Positions 1-7,847 of a stretch of 64,000 bases of DNA are shown in pieces; positions within the stretch are counted from its first letter, which is position 1; each line of letters begins with the position of its first letter. Under the pieces are notes generated by a model that worked only from the letters and a program-made list of their open reading frames with translations, did no database searches and had not been told where the DNA came from. The position numbers and the translations under genes were made by a program. Source of the stretch: an uncultured virus (IMG/VR IMGVR_UViG_3300027780_000008) (lineage: Duplodnaviria; Heunggongvirae; Uroviricota; Caudoviricetes); the IMG/VR virus record IMGVR_UViG_3300027780_000008. The stretch is one strand, 5' to 3'.

Positions 1-336
1 TTTAGTAAATTTCTTTTCAATATCAAAAACATAATCACCAGAGTAACCTCTATATAATGGAGAATAAACAGTTTCACCTAAATGAGATCTATTAAATATA
101 AGGTTAATATTTGGATCACCTTTTTTATGAGCAAGTTTAGATTTCATCATTAATAAAAACATGCTTTCATAAAGTTCTTTAGAATATGTTGCATGCTTTT
201 CTTTATCATCTTTAAACGGTAATGATGAATAATGTAACTTATGAAAAACGTGATCACTCATGTTTTTAATAATTAAATCTTGCTGGGTATCTTTACCTAC
301 ATTATCGGTACCTTCTATAATAATGAATTTACTCAT
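1..336 (-). CDS. Thymidylate/dNMP kinase-like protein (runs off the window edge)
   Basis: Manual translation MSKFIIIEGTDNVGKDTQ...IFNRSHLGETVY: P-loop IEGxDxxGK and the (D/N)R motif of the TMPK family. Not in the ORF track because it is partial. Confidence 0.75.
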   Translation of the reverse strand, partial: MSKFIIIEGTDNVGKDTQQDLIIKNMSDHVFHKLHYSSLPFKDDKEKHATYSKELYESMFLLMMKSKLAHKKGDPNINLIFNRSHLGETVYSPLYRGYSGDYVFDIEKKFTK

Positions 337-354
337 TGTTTTATTTTTATATAG

Positions 355-834
355 TTAAAAGTTAGAATTGTTTATTACAATATCATAATCAGTAAACTTA
401 CCAAAATCCATTTCATCAGCATCAATCCTTCTTTCTATCTTATCATTAAGATCACCTCTTAATTTTAATCTTTCTTTTCTTATTTCTAAAGGTATGTCTA
501 AATAAATGATAGTACAGTCTTTTCTATCAATAGGATTAATTGCCTCAACACCTTTAGGGGTCATAACAAATAAGTTACATGTCTTTTTAAATTGTTCATA
601 GCTTGTACCATAAAACCAACCGTTGAATTCTACATATTCATACCAATAATTATTATCTGCAAACTTCTTAAAAACTTCTTTAGAAATAAAATAATAATCT
701 TGGCCATCAATTTCACCATCCCTAGGAGGTCTGGTTGTATAAGATGTACCGTATGTAAAACCTCTACCTTCTAAAACCTTTCTCATATGATCTTTTCCAG
801 CAGCGGCCTTTCCTATTAATATGATTTTATTCAT
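355..834 (-). CDS. gmk: Guanylate kinase
   Basis: GKAAAGKD P-loop, SYTTRPPRDGEIDGQDYYFIS signature, FYGTS. Confidence 0.9.
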   Translation of the reverse strand: MNKIILIGKAAAGKDHMRKVLEGRGFTYGTSYTTRPPRDGEIDGQDYYFISKEVFKKFADNNYWYEYVEFNGWFYGTSYEQFKKTCNLFVMTPKGVEAINPIDRKDCTIIYLDIPLEIRKERLKLRGDLNDKIERRIDADEMDFGKFTDYDIVINNSNF

Positions 835-1054
835 CCGCTCCTGCTTCTGCTATTTCAAAATTTCTTTTTAATGTTTCTAAACAATCGTCAGCCTCTGCTA
901 ATGATCTAGTTAATGTTTGCATTTCTTCAATATGCTGAGGATGTTCTCCTATACCTACAGGATTAGTCATATAGATTGTTAATGTTGCTAATGCAAGTTG
1001 CCTCTGTGCCTCGAATTGTGCCTTAAGCGCTTCGTAAATTATATTTTTATTCAT
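827..1054 (-). CDS. Hypothetical small phage protein
   Basis: 75-aa ORF containing NPVGIGEHP; overlaps the gmk start. Confidence 0.6.
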   Translation of the reverse strand: MNKNIIYEALKAQFEAQRQLALATLTIYMTNPVGIGEHPQHIEEMQTLTRSLAEADDCLETLKRNFEIAEAGADE

Positions 1055-1055
1055 A

Positions 1056-1283
1056 TTAGTCTGTTATTAATTGTGTATGTTCAAAATTATTTTTAATTTG
1101 TTCGTTAAAGAATTTACCAATAGATTCTGCTTTACATAAGTTATCATATAACTCAGGTTCTACATTAGAATATTCATATAATGCTCCACCTGTAAATTCA
1201 ACCTTAAGAGATTTAGTGGCAAAGTTATAAACGTATTTGTTAATCATTGATGAATCAACTGTTGATGATTGTTCTTGTATCAT
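1056..1283 (-). CDS. KTSC domain protein
   Basis: VDSSMI..Y......L.VEF..G..YEY.NV....Y..L..AESIGKFFN.QIK pattern. Confidence 0.85.
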   Translation of the reverse strand: MIQEQSSTVDSSMINKYVYNFATKSLKVEFTGGALYEYSNVEPELYDNLCKAESIGKFFNEQIKNNFEHTQLITD

Positions 1284-1290
1284 TTTTATT

Positions 1291-1437
1291 TTATTTTAAT
1301 TTAATTTTATAAAGTTTTTTTACTTGATCTACTGTGAGGTTCTTGGTCTTTGCTAGCCATGACCATGCATCTGTTTCGCTATTTGCTGAGCATGCTATTC
1401 TTTTATCGTCATTTACTAAAAATTGGTAAGTCTCCAT
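1291..1437 (-). CDS. Small hypothetical protein (48 aa)
   Basis: Manual translation METYQFLVNDDKRIACSANSETDAWSWLAKTKNLTVDQVKKLYKIKLK; fills the gap and follows a class-M promoter motif. Confidence 0.55.
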   Translation of the reverse strand: METYQFLVNDDKRIACSANSETDAWSWLAKTKNLTVDQVKKLYKIKLK

Positions 1438-1477
1438 AGTTATTGATTTATATTTATATGTTGTTTTTAAAAAAAGT

Positions 1478-2824
1478 TTACTTAATTGATAACTTTAATT
1501 TTTTAAGATCTTCTAAGTACATTGTCTTAGGATCAGTTGCCTTTAACATCTTGAGTGCAATAATACACTCTTCTTTTTCTAATAACAATTTTTCATATCT
1601 TTCCTTTGTTAAAGAATGAATAGCCATTGATAAAAGATAATCATATGAACCATGAACAGTATCATATGCATTAGTTTTTAAATAAGTTACAATCTTTTCT
1701 TTAAGTACATTATTAATTTTTAATTTATTGTCAATAATATCTTTAATGAACCTTGCTTTATTTGTTACTAATGATAATTGCTTTTCTGTTTTATCAATTA
1801 AATAATCTTTTCGTGTTTGATACCATGATAACCTTACACCAACAAAATGTTTTACAATATCTTCGGCTTTATTAAAAATCTTTAATTCACCATTTTCATC
1901 TATCGTTGTTAAATTTTCAGTTTCTTGTGTGTTTAACCTAAGTGCATTATCTAACTTACCTTTTGAAACTAAGTCATTTAATATTGACCTTCTGAATTTT
2001 AATATGTACTCAATCGTTTCAGAAGAATTATCATCATAGCTTGTGATTACACCCTTTTCCATTAAAAGATTTAAAATCTCTTCATATCTTTCATAAGTAT
2101 AATTTGGAGGTATTGCAGTTATCTTTACTGTTGTTGTATTAATAATTTTATACTCTCCTTTTATTTTCCAAGTTTTAGGATTTTCTAAATCTCTAGTAAA
2201 AGTACCTTTAAATTCATGTATCCAAGGTGCTAATACTTTCATTCTTTTATTATTTAGAGTGGCAATACATGCATCTACTACATCTTTAGGGTTTCTATTT
2301 AAAATATTAGTAGCAAAACCAACAGCAATACCAGATGTTCCATTTAATATAACAGTTGGTACAATTGGTAAAAAGAATGCTGGTTCAATTTTTTCTCCTT
2401 CTTCTATTTTGTTTTCTAATAAATCAAAATCTTGATATAATAATCTAAAATTAGGATGTAACTTTGCACTTATATAACGCGGTGCACCTGCTGCTGGGCT
2501 TCTTAAAGAACCAAACTGACCTACACCTTCTAATAATGGTAATGAATTTTTAAACTTCTGTGCCATTCCAACCATTGAAGATTCTAGTGAAGTATTACCA
2601 TGATGATAAAATGCCTCAGCTGCTACCCTACCTGCAAGTTGAAAAAGCTTCATTGGTTTTTCATTACCAGTTTTCCATATCTTATTTGCAATATAAACAA
2701 CTTTTCTCTGTGTAGGTTTAAGACCGTCTATACAACTTGGTATAGCCCTGTTCTCTACAACGTATCTTGCATACTCTAAGTATTCTTTATCAAAAAAGGA
2801 TGTTACTGTTCTATTGCTCTTCAT
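1478..2824 (-). CDS. gp52: Type II DNA topoisomerase, GyrA/ParC-like subunit (T4 gp52-like)
   Basis: RAIPSCIDGLKPTQRK, YHHGNTSL, active-site APRYI. Confidence 0.95.
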   Translation of the reverse strand: MKSNRTVTSFFDKEYLEYARYVVENRAIPSCIDGLKPTQRKVVYIANKIWKTGNEKPMKLFQLAGRVAAEAFYHHGNTSLESSMVGMAQKFKNSLPLLEGVGQFGSLRSPAAGAPRYISAKLHPNFRLLYQDFDLLENKIEEGEKIEPAFFLPIVPTVILNGTSGIAVGFATNILNRNPKDVVDACIATLNNKRMKVLAPWIHEFKGTFTRDLENPKTWKIKGEYKIINTTTVKITAIPPNYTYERYEEILNLLMEKGVITSYDDNSSETIEYILKFRRSILNDLVSKGKLDNALRLNTQETENLTTIDENGELKIFNKAEDIVKHFVGVRLSWYQTRKDYLIDKTEKQLSLVTNKARFIKDIIDNKLKINNVLKEKIVTYLKTNAYDTVHGSYDYLLSMAIHSLTKERYEKLLLEKEECIIALKMLKATDPKTMYLEDLKKLKLSIK

Positions 2825-4699
2825 CTAAAATAATGATTTATTGTTTTTAATTATTATTTCTTCGCCTAATATCTTGCCTTTACGAGGATTAGAATCTTTC
2901 GAGAACCATATATCTAAAGTATTGTTAAATCCGTTGTCCTTTGTAAGCGTGAATGTTCTCGGGCTTCTAATGATCTCCTTATATTCTGCATCTTCTAGTG
3001 CGGCTAAACCTTTTTTGTATTCTATTGACCAGCTATTAAGATTTCTTTGTTTAGATTCCCATACCTTATAATCATCATCAGAATAAAAGTTTAATGATTC
3101 TTTACCTTTCTTTGCAACCATAAGAGGTGTTTCTACTTTAAGAATCCTACCTTCACTAAATAATTCTGGCCAATATTTACCTAAGAAATTAATTAGTAAT
3201 GCCGCAATGGAGTTACCGTCTACATCTGCATCCGTATATAAAAGTATTTTACCATACCTTAGATCTTTAGGTTCATGACCGATCTTTAAACCCATAGCAG
3301 CCATCATTGATTGTACCTCTTTATTCTGTACAACCTTAGATGCTGGTAATTCTCTAACATTAATAAACTTACCTCTTAGTGGAAATGCTCCTTGGTATTG
3401 TGGTTCTCTGTATCTTCTAAATGCTGATGATGCAGAATCACCTTCAAATATTGCAAGTGTACATTTTGCTCTATCACCTCTTTTCTTTGCATCTATTAAT
3501 TTAAGAACTTTAGTTTTATCTAAACCTTTATTTAATTTTCTAAGCTTTGCTCTTTCATCAGCTTCTTGTTTTCTATTAATCCAATCTAAAACGGATTCTA
3601 TAATTTCAGAATTTAAAACCTGTCTTAAGACTTTTTCACTTAATACATGACTTGTACCAAAATCCTTTGGAGGAGTTATTAATTTTTCTTTAGTTTGAGA
3701 AGAGAATGATGGATTAATAACAGTACAATTTATAAACAAATATAAATGTTGTCTTAATTCAGAAGGTTTTACATCTACACGGTATTTTCTTTTAATCTTG
3801 TCTCTAAGATAAGATGTAATTTGCCAGTCTATATTATTAACATGAGTACCGCCATCTTTAGTTTCAACAGAATTAACAAATGATATTGCTTTAAAGCCAG
3901 TTTTTGAATGACCAATTCCAATTTTCCAATGTTCTGATTGATCATAAAATATTGGAGTTACATAACGATTTGCATAATCTTTAAAAGTTTTAAAGGCAAT
4001 CGGTTTATCATTTAAAAATATTTTAAGAGTTGGGTTACATGCAGCAATATCAATAAGTCTTTTAGTTATCATTAAATAATGATTCTTATTAATACCATTT
4101 AAACCAAATCTTTTAAAATCAGTAAGATATGTTATTTTTGTATATGCAGTTTTCTTTTTGGTGATTTTAGCCTTAGTCCTTTCAGACATATTATTTTTAA
4201 AGGTTTGTGCAAAGTGTTTTTGACCATCACAAGTTTCAATTATAAATTCTTTACTAAATATATTTGTTAATGTACTACCTACACCATTTGTTCCAACAAC
4301 AACCCTATCTTCAGTATCATCAAAATTACTACCTGCCTTTAAATTAGAAAATATCATTTCTGGTACCCACTCATCATACTCTTTATGAATCTTTACAGGT
4401 ATACCTCCATTATCCCATATAGAAATTAAACCAGTAGACATATCTATATCTACCTTAACTTTATTCAGCTTAGTATTTCTTTTATGTTCATCAACAGAGT
4501 TAGAAACTATTTCATCAAACAGTTTTAGGAATCCAGGATTATAAGTTACTTCAGTAAGTTGAAATTGATCTTTACCTTTCATAGGTAAAAATACTTCTTC
4601 GGTATGTGGCTTAATAGATCCAACATACATACCAGGTCTTAACAATACATGTTCTGTGTCTGTTAATTTTTGGTATTTCTTTTCAATGCTTACTGCCAT
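2825..4699 (-). CDS. gp39: Type II DNA topoisomerase, ATPase+TOPRIM subunit (gp39+gp60 in one ORF)
   Basis: EHVLLRPGMYVGS, EIVSNSVDE, GTNGVGS, EGDSA, PLRGK, TDADVDG, YKKGLAAL. Confidence 0.95.
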   Translation of the reverse strand: MAVSIEKKYQKLTDTEHVLLRPGMYVGSIKPHTEEVFLPMKGKDQFQLTEVTYNPGFLKLFDEIVSNSVDEHKRNTKLNKVKVDIDMSTGLISIWDNGGIPVKIHKEYDEWVPEMIFSNLKAGSNFDDTEDRVVVGTNGVGSTLTNIFSKEFIIETCDGQKHFAQTFKNNMSERTKAKITKKKTAYTKITYLTDFKRFGLNGINKNHYLMITKRLIDIAACNPTLKIFLNDKPIAFKTFKDYANRYVTPIFYDQSEHWKIGIGHSKTGFKAISFVNSVETKDGGTHVNNIDWQITSYLRDKIKRKYRVDVKPSELRQHLYLFINCTVINPSFSSQTKEKLITPPKDFGTSHVLSEKVLRQVLNSEIIESVLDWINRKQEADERAKLRKLNKGLDKTKVLKLIDAKKRGDRAKCTLAIFEGDSASSAFRRYREPQYQGAFPLRGKFINVRELPASKVVQNKEVQSMMAAMGLKIGHEPKDLRYGKILLYTDADVDGNSIAALLINFLGKYWPELFSEGRILKVETPLMVAKKGKESLNFYSDDDYKVWESKQRNLNSWSIEYKKGLAALEDAEYKEIIRSPRTFTLTKDNGFNNTLDIWFSKDSNPRKGKILGEEIIIKNNKSLF

Positions 4700-4736
4700 G
4701 TATTTTTATTTTTATATGGTCAAAATTAAATTTTGT

Positions 4737-4928
4737 TTACCTGAATGATCTTTTGAGATTAATATTAAGAGAATGCAAATAAACATCAAATATATTTTTA
4801 CTATATTCAGTAGATCCATTCCACTTAGTTACCCAAAGGTCTATTAAGTTTCTAACAGCAGGATAATGTATTAGTTTATTATTATCGTTTCTTATTACTT
4901 GGATTACATATTCATAATCTTTTTTCAT
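4737..4928 (-). CDS. Hypothetical protein
   Basis: 63-aa ORF with ATGA overlap to the upstream small ORF. Confidence 0.5.
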   Translation of the reverse strand: MKKDYEYVIQVIRNDNNKLIHYPAVRNLIDLWVTKWNGSTEYSKNIFDVYLHSLNINLKRSFR

Positions 4929-5071
4929 ATTGATCTGTTTCTTCTTGCATTATCCCATAGTACCTTTTTAGTACCGCCTAGTATTCTATACTTAGATACT
5001 TTACTATTAAACGAATTCCTTGCAGTATTTAATTGCTCGTTTCCGTTATTTGATTGTTGATTTGTTGTCAT
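4925..5071 (-). CDS. Small hypothetical protein (48 aa)
   Basis: Manual translation MTTNQQSNNGNEQLNTARNSFNSKVSKYRILGGTKKVLWDNARRNRSI; tiles exactly between neighbours. Confidence 0.5.
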   Translation of the reverse strand: MTTNQQSNNGNEQLNTARNSFNSKVSKYRILGGTKKVLWDNARRNRSI

Positions 5072-5074
5072 TAC

Positions 5075-5380
5075 TTATTTAACTGATTTTATTTTCTTCT
5101 CTAAATGAGTTACTTGCTCCTTATATCCTTCTTGCGTCCATCCATCATTATATGGGGATGTTGAATTAATTTTAGCATTCATTAATTGTACTTCTAAATT
5201 GTCTTGTTTCGGTTGTTTACGTACTTCTAAATTGTCTTGTTCTGGTTGTCCATGCCTAGCATAGTAACCTGGATAATTTTCTTCTCTTTGTTTTTTGTTA
5301 CTATAAAAAATATTCCAAACTAGCAAAACAACATAAACACTAAATATTGATGCCCCTACTATAAACATTGCTATATTCAT
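5075..5380 (-). CDS. Hypothetical membrane-anchored protein
   Basis: N-terminal hydrophobic helix; internal 11-aa duplication (QP.QDNLEV). Confidence 0.55.
   Translation of the reverse strand: MNIAMFIVGASIFSVYVVLLVWNIFYSNKKQREENYPGYYARHGQPEQDNLEVRKQPKQDNLEVQLMNAKINSTSPYNDGWTQEGYKEQVTHLEKKIKSVK
5188..5241. repeat. 33-bp-period direct repeat within a CDS
   Basis: gtacttctaaattgtcttgtt at 5188-5208 and 5221-5241. Confidence 0.8.
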
Positions 5381-5547
5381 CTACCTCGTCTTTGTCTGAT
5401 TGCTATAGCAAATAGTAAAATTGTTCCTGACCAATGAGCTGAGTATTGGGCTTCTTCTGTTAATCCAAATAATCCTAATCCAATTGAATATAACATTGCT
5501 GTGAATGCTATGATGATTGGATACCATGTACTTAAAAACTTCTTCAT
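5377..5547 (-). CDS. Small two-helix membrane protein (56 aa)
   Basis: Manual translation MKKFLSTWYPIIIAFTAMLYSIGLGLFGLTEEAQYSAHWSGTILLFAIAIRQRRGR; ATGA overlap with the next gene. Confidence 0.6.
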   Translation of the reverse strand: MKKFLSTWYPIIIAFTAMLYSIGLGLFGLTEEAQYSAHWSGTILLFAIAIRQRRGR

Positions 5548-5574
5548 AATCTATATATTTAATTTTAATTGTTG

Positions 5575-5648
5575 TGGAGAATATCGGAGTCGAACCGATG
5601 ACCTCCTGCGTGCAAGGCAGGCGCTCTAGCCAGCTGAGCTAATTCCCC
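5575..5648 (-). tRNA. tRNA-Ala(TGC)
   Basis: GGGGAATTAGCTCAGCTGGCTAGAGCGCCTGCCTTGCACGCAGGAGGTCATCGGTTCGACTCCGATATTCTCCA; cloverleaf, G3:U70, no encoded CCA. Confidence 0.95.
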
Positions 5649-5662
5649 TTTTAATAATATTG

Positions 5663-5735
5663 AGCGAAAGACGGGATTCGAACCCGCGACCCTCAGCTTG
5701 GTAAACTGATGCTCTACCGACTGAGCTACTTTCGC
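5663..5735 (-). tRNA. tRNA-Gly(ACC)
   Basis: GCGAAAGTAGCTCAGTCGGTAGAGCATCAGT-TTACCAA-GCTGAGGGTCGCGGGTTCGAATCCCGTCTTTCGCT; Gly identity elements G1-C72, C2-G71, U73, C35C36; anticodon ACC. Confidence 0.9.
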
Positions 5736-5739
5736 ATTG

Positions 5740-6083
5740 TGGAGGTGGTGGGATTCGAACCCACGTCCAATAAGTATCCTTAAAAACATTTCTTACAGCT
5801 TAGGATAAGTTTCTTTAAACTTCCAAAATCAGATTTTGATGTTCCATGGCCACAAAATCATAAAGGCTCTATTGGTTGCAATGTTTAACGGGTACATTGC
5901 TAAACCACATCTTGCTTCCTTTTACATCTCGATTATTTACAAGCATACTAATAATATGATGAGCACTACTTACCTACTTAGGCAGCCATTGCTAACTCAG
6001 CGTTGTCGGCTAAGATTGATGGAGGTCATCACCCAGTACTGTAGTTTTTATCTCAATCTAATTGTCAAAAACCGGTCACCCCC
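5740..6083 (-). ncRNA. ssrA: tmRNA
   Basis: 5' GGGGGTGACCGGTTTTTGAC pairs with 3' GGACGTGGGTTCGAATCCCACCACCTCCA (G3:U70, T arm); internal tag frame 6010-5978 encodes ADNAELAMAA-stop. Confidence 0.93.
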
Positions 6084-6111
6084 AATAAATCAAAGAACGT
6101 AATTATAATCT

Positions 6112-6441
6112 TTATATATTATACTCAATCTTTGGATGCAAATGGAATGCTCTTTTTAATTCATCATATCCTTTCTTTGATCCAAATCTATTACCTGAGC
6201 CTATATGCCATGTAACCTTTTCAACTTTATCATATTCACGATATTCTTTAAAATCATAAATAGTAAAAGGAGTACCATCTTCAGTTTGCATCTCCCATTC
6301 ATTTTGAGTCCTTTCAGTAATATCAGAATCAGTGTACATTACTGCGCCACATACTTTTTCTATATCTTCTATTGCTGCTTCAAATGCATGGTTATGAAAT
6401 CCTAAATCCGTTGCTAGGCTGGCATTTTCTAATCTATTCAT
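6112..6441 (-). CDS. Hypothetical phage protein
   Basis: 109-aa ORF with EW....DG..FTIYDFK.......WHIG pattern, preceded by a class-E motif. Confidence 0.65.
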   Translation of the reverse strand: MNRLENASLATDLGFHNHAFEAAIEDIEKVCGAVMYTDSDITERTQNEWEMQTEDGTPFTIYDFKEYREYDKVEKVTWHIGSGNRFGSKKGYDELKRAFHLHPKIEYNI

Positions 6442-6463
6442 CTTATCTTTGTGTTTAGTATAT

Positions 6464-6496
6464 TATAATAATAACAAATCTTTTCTATTTCTGAAA
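6464..6496 (-). promoter_or_regulatory. Class-E motif TTTCAG-N12-TTTGTTATTATTATA (copy 1)
   Basis: Same motif and spacing at 23828-23860; both copies lie shortly upstream of a start codon. Confidence 0.55.
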
Positions 6497-6498
6497 GA

Positions 6499-7302
6499 TT
6501 AATATGGCATTTCTATATTTTTATTTTCTTCAGCTTTAAACTTAGCAATTAATTTAGTTAATATAATCTTAAGCTCTTTAGAAAATTCACCTTTTTCAAT
6601 TATCCATGAAAGATAGTTAAAATCATTTTCAAATATTTCTCTAAAAGGTTTTCCTTTATGCTTGCCAAAATTAAATATAATAGTTCTTTTACCATCTACA
6701 TCAGCAAATTTTAATTTACCACCTAAATCAACTTGATCAGCTCTACGAGTATTTACCTCCTTATCTATTTCTTCTGCAGTATCAGCCATTTGGTATACTT
6801 CTCTTTGTTTTTGAAATATTTCCATTGTAGCTCTAACATCAGCCTCAGCTCTATGTGCACCTTCTAAATCTTTACCAGTATATTTTTTATAAGTACTAGT
6901 TAAATCTCTCTTTTCATAATTACTATAAATAAGGAAAGGATCCATTACTGCTCGACCTCTATGGTTAAATGCTATACCACATCTCATGAATTCCTCACAT
7001 AAAAATGGTACATCAAAGAATAAGGCATTATACCCTCCTAAGTCGCAATCACCAATAAAATCGTTTATTTCAGATGCTATCATTTCAAAGGTAGGTTTAT
7101 CCTTTAACATCTCTAGAGAAATGCCATGCTTTTCTTCAGCTTCGGCTCTCATCTCTACATTACCTGGGTTTACTAATTGATTATAAGTCTCAATCTCATT
7201 ACCGTCAAAGTCGGTTTTAATCATGCATATCTCTATGATACGATCTGATGATGTACTTATTCCTGTGGTTTCTAAATCAAACCAAACTATATTTTTCTTC
7301 AT
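6499..7302 (-). CDS. DEDDh 3'-5' exonuclease (DnaQ/Pol III epsilon-like)
   Basis: WFDLETTG, GYNALFFDVPFL, HRAEADV; C-terminal FNFGKHKG module. Confidence 0.9.
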   Translation of the reverse strand: MKKNIVWFDLETTGISTSSDRIIEICMIKTDFDGNEIETYNQLVNPGNVEMRAEAEEKHGISLEMLKDKPTFEMIASEINDFIGDCDLGGYNALFFDVPFLCEEFMRCGIAFNHRGRAVMDPFLIYSNYEKRDLTSTYKKYTGKDLEGAHRAEADVRATMEIFQKQREVYQMADTAEEIDKEVNTRRADQVDLGGKLKFADVDGKRTIIFNFGKHKGKPFREIFENDFNYLSWIIEKGEFSKELKIILTKLIAKFKAEENKNIEMPY

Positions 7303-7334
7303 ACTATACTTTTTTACCTTAACTGTTATATAAT

Positions 7335-7361
7335 TTATATAGCTAAAGTTAAAGTTAGTTT
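7335..7361 (-). promoter_or_regulatory. Class-M bipartite promoter AAAC-N16/17-RTATAA (representative of 13 copies)
   Basis: Copies at 347-373, 1454-1479, 4712-4738, 7335-7361, 22539-22565, 24974-25000, 34278-34304, 41882-41908, 43415-43440, 44835-44861, 45691-45716, 51249-51274 and 62391-62417, all upstream of non-structural genes. Confidence 0.75.
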
Positions 7362-7371
7362 TAAGAAATTG

Positions 7372-7824
7372 TTAAGTAAGTGAAATAATTATATTATTAA
7401 CAGTATCGCCTTCTGCAATCTGCTCAATTAATTCCATTCCATCAATAACATGACCAAATGTTGTATGACCTGGATCTAAATGTTGAGTTCCTCTTCTACT
7501 TAAACAAATAAAGAATGCACCCATTGAAGTATGTGGTGATCCAGTATTAGCAGCACTTAAAACGCCATAAGCATGAAAATTATTATTCTTTTTTCTTCGA
7601 GGTGTTTCTAATTCATCATATAAGTATGGATGACCACCTTCTTGTTCCTTTGGTCCTAACTGCACCATGAAGCCTGGTATAACCCTATCAAAACTTTGGC
7701 CATCATAATTACCGGCTTCTGCTTTAATAATAAAATTTCCAGTGTTTATTGGAGTTTCATCATAAAGACGAAAAGTAATATCTCCTTTATCCATTTTAAA
7801 AGTAGCAGTGTATTTGGTATTCAT
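7372..7824 (-). CDS. Cyclophilin-type peptidyl-prolyl cis-trans isomerase
   Basis: TPINTGNF, YDGQSFDRVIPGFMVQ, FFI, HLDPGHTTFGHVIDGME. Confidence 0.9.
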   Translation of the reverse strand: MNTKYTATFKMDKGDITFRLYDETPINTGNFIIKAEAGNYDGQSFDRVIPGFMVQLGPKEQEGGHPYLYDELETPRRKKNNNFHAYGVLSAANTGSPHTSMGAFFICLSRRGTQHLDPGHTTFGHVIDGMELIEQIAEGDTVNNIIISLT

Positions 7825-7847
7825 ATTTATTTGTTTATTAATTAATA

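Noticed and set aside
2825..4699. T4 gene 60-type translational bypass
   Set aside because: The ATPase and TOPRIM regions form one uninterrupted ORF.
5565..5789. 74-aa minus-strand ORF in the track
   Set aside because: It lies across tRNA-Ala, tRNA-Gly and the tmRNA 3' end, so it is a translation of structural RNA.
5836..6102. 88-aa plus-strand ORF
   Set aside because: Antisense to the tmRNA; no protein features.
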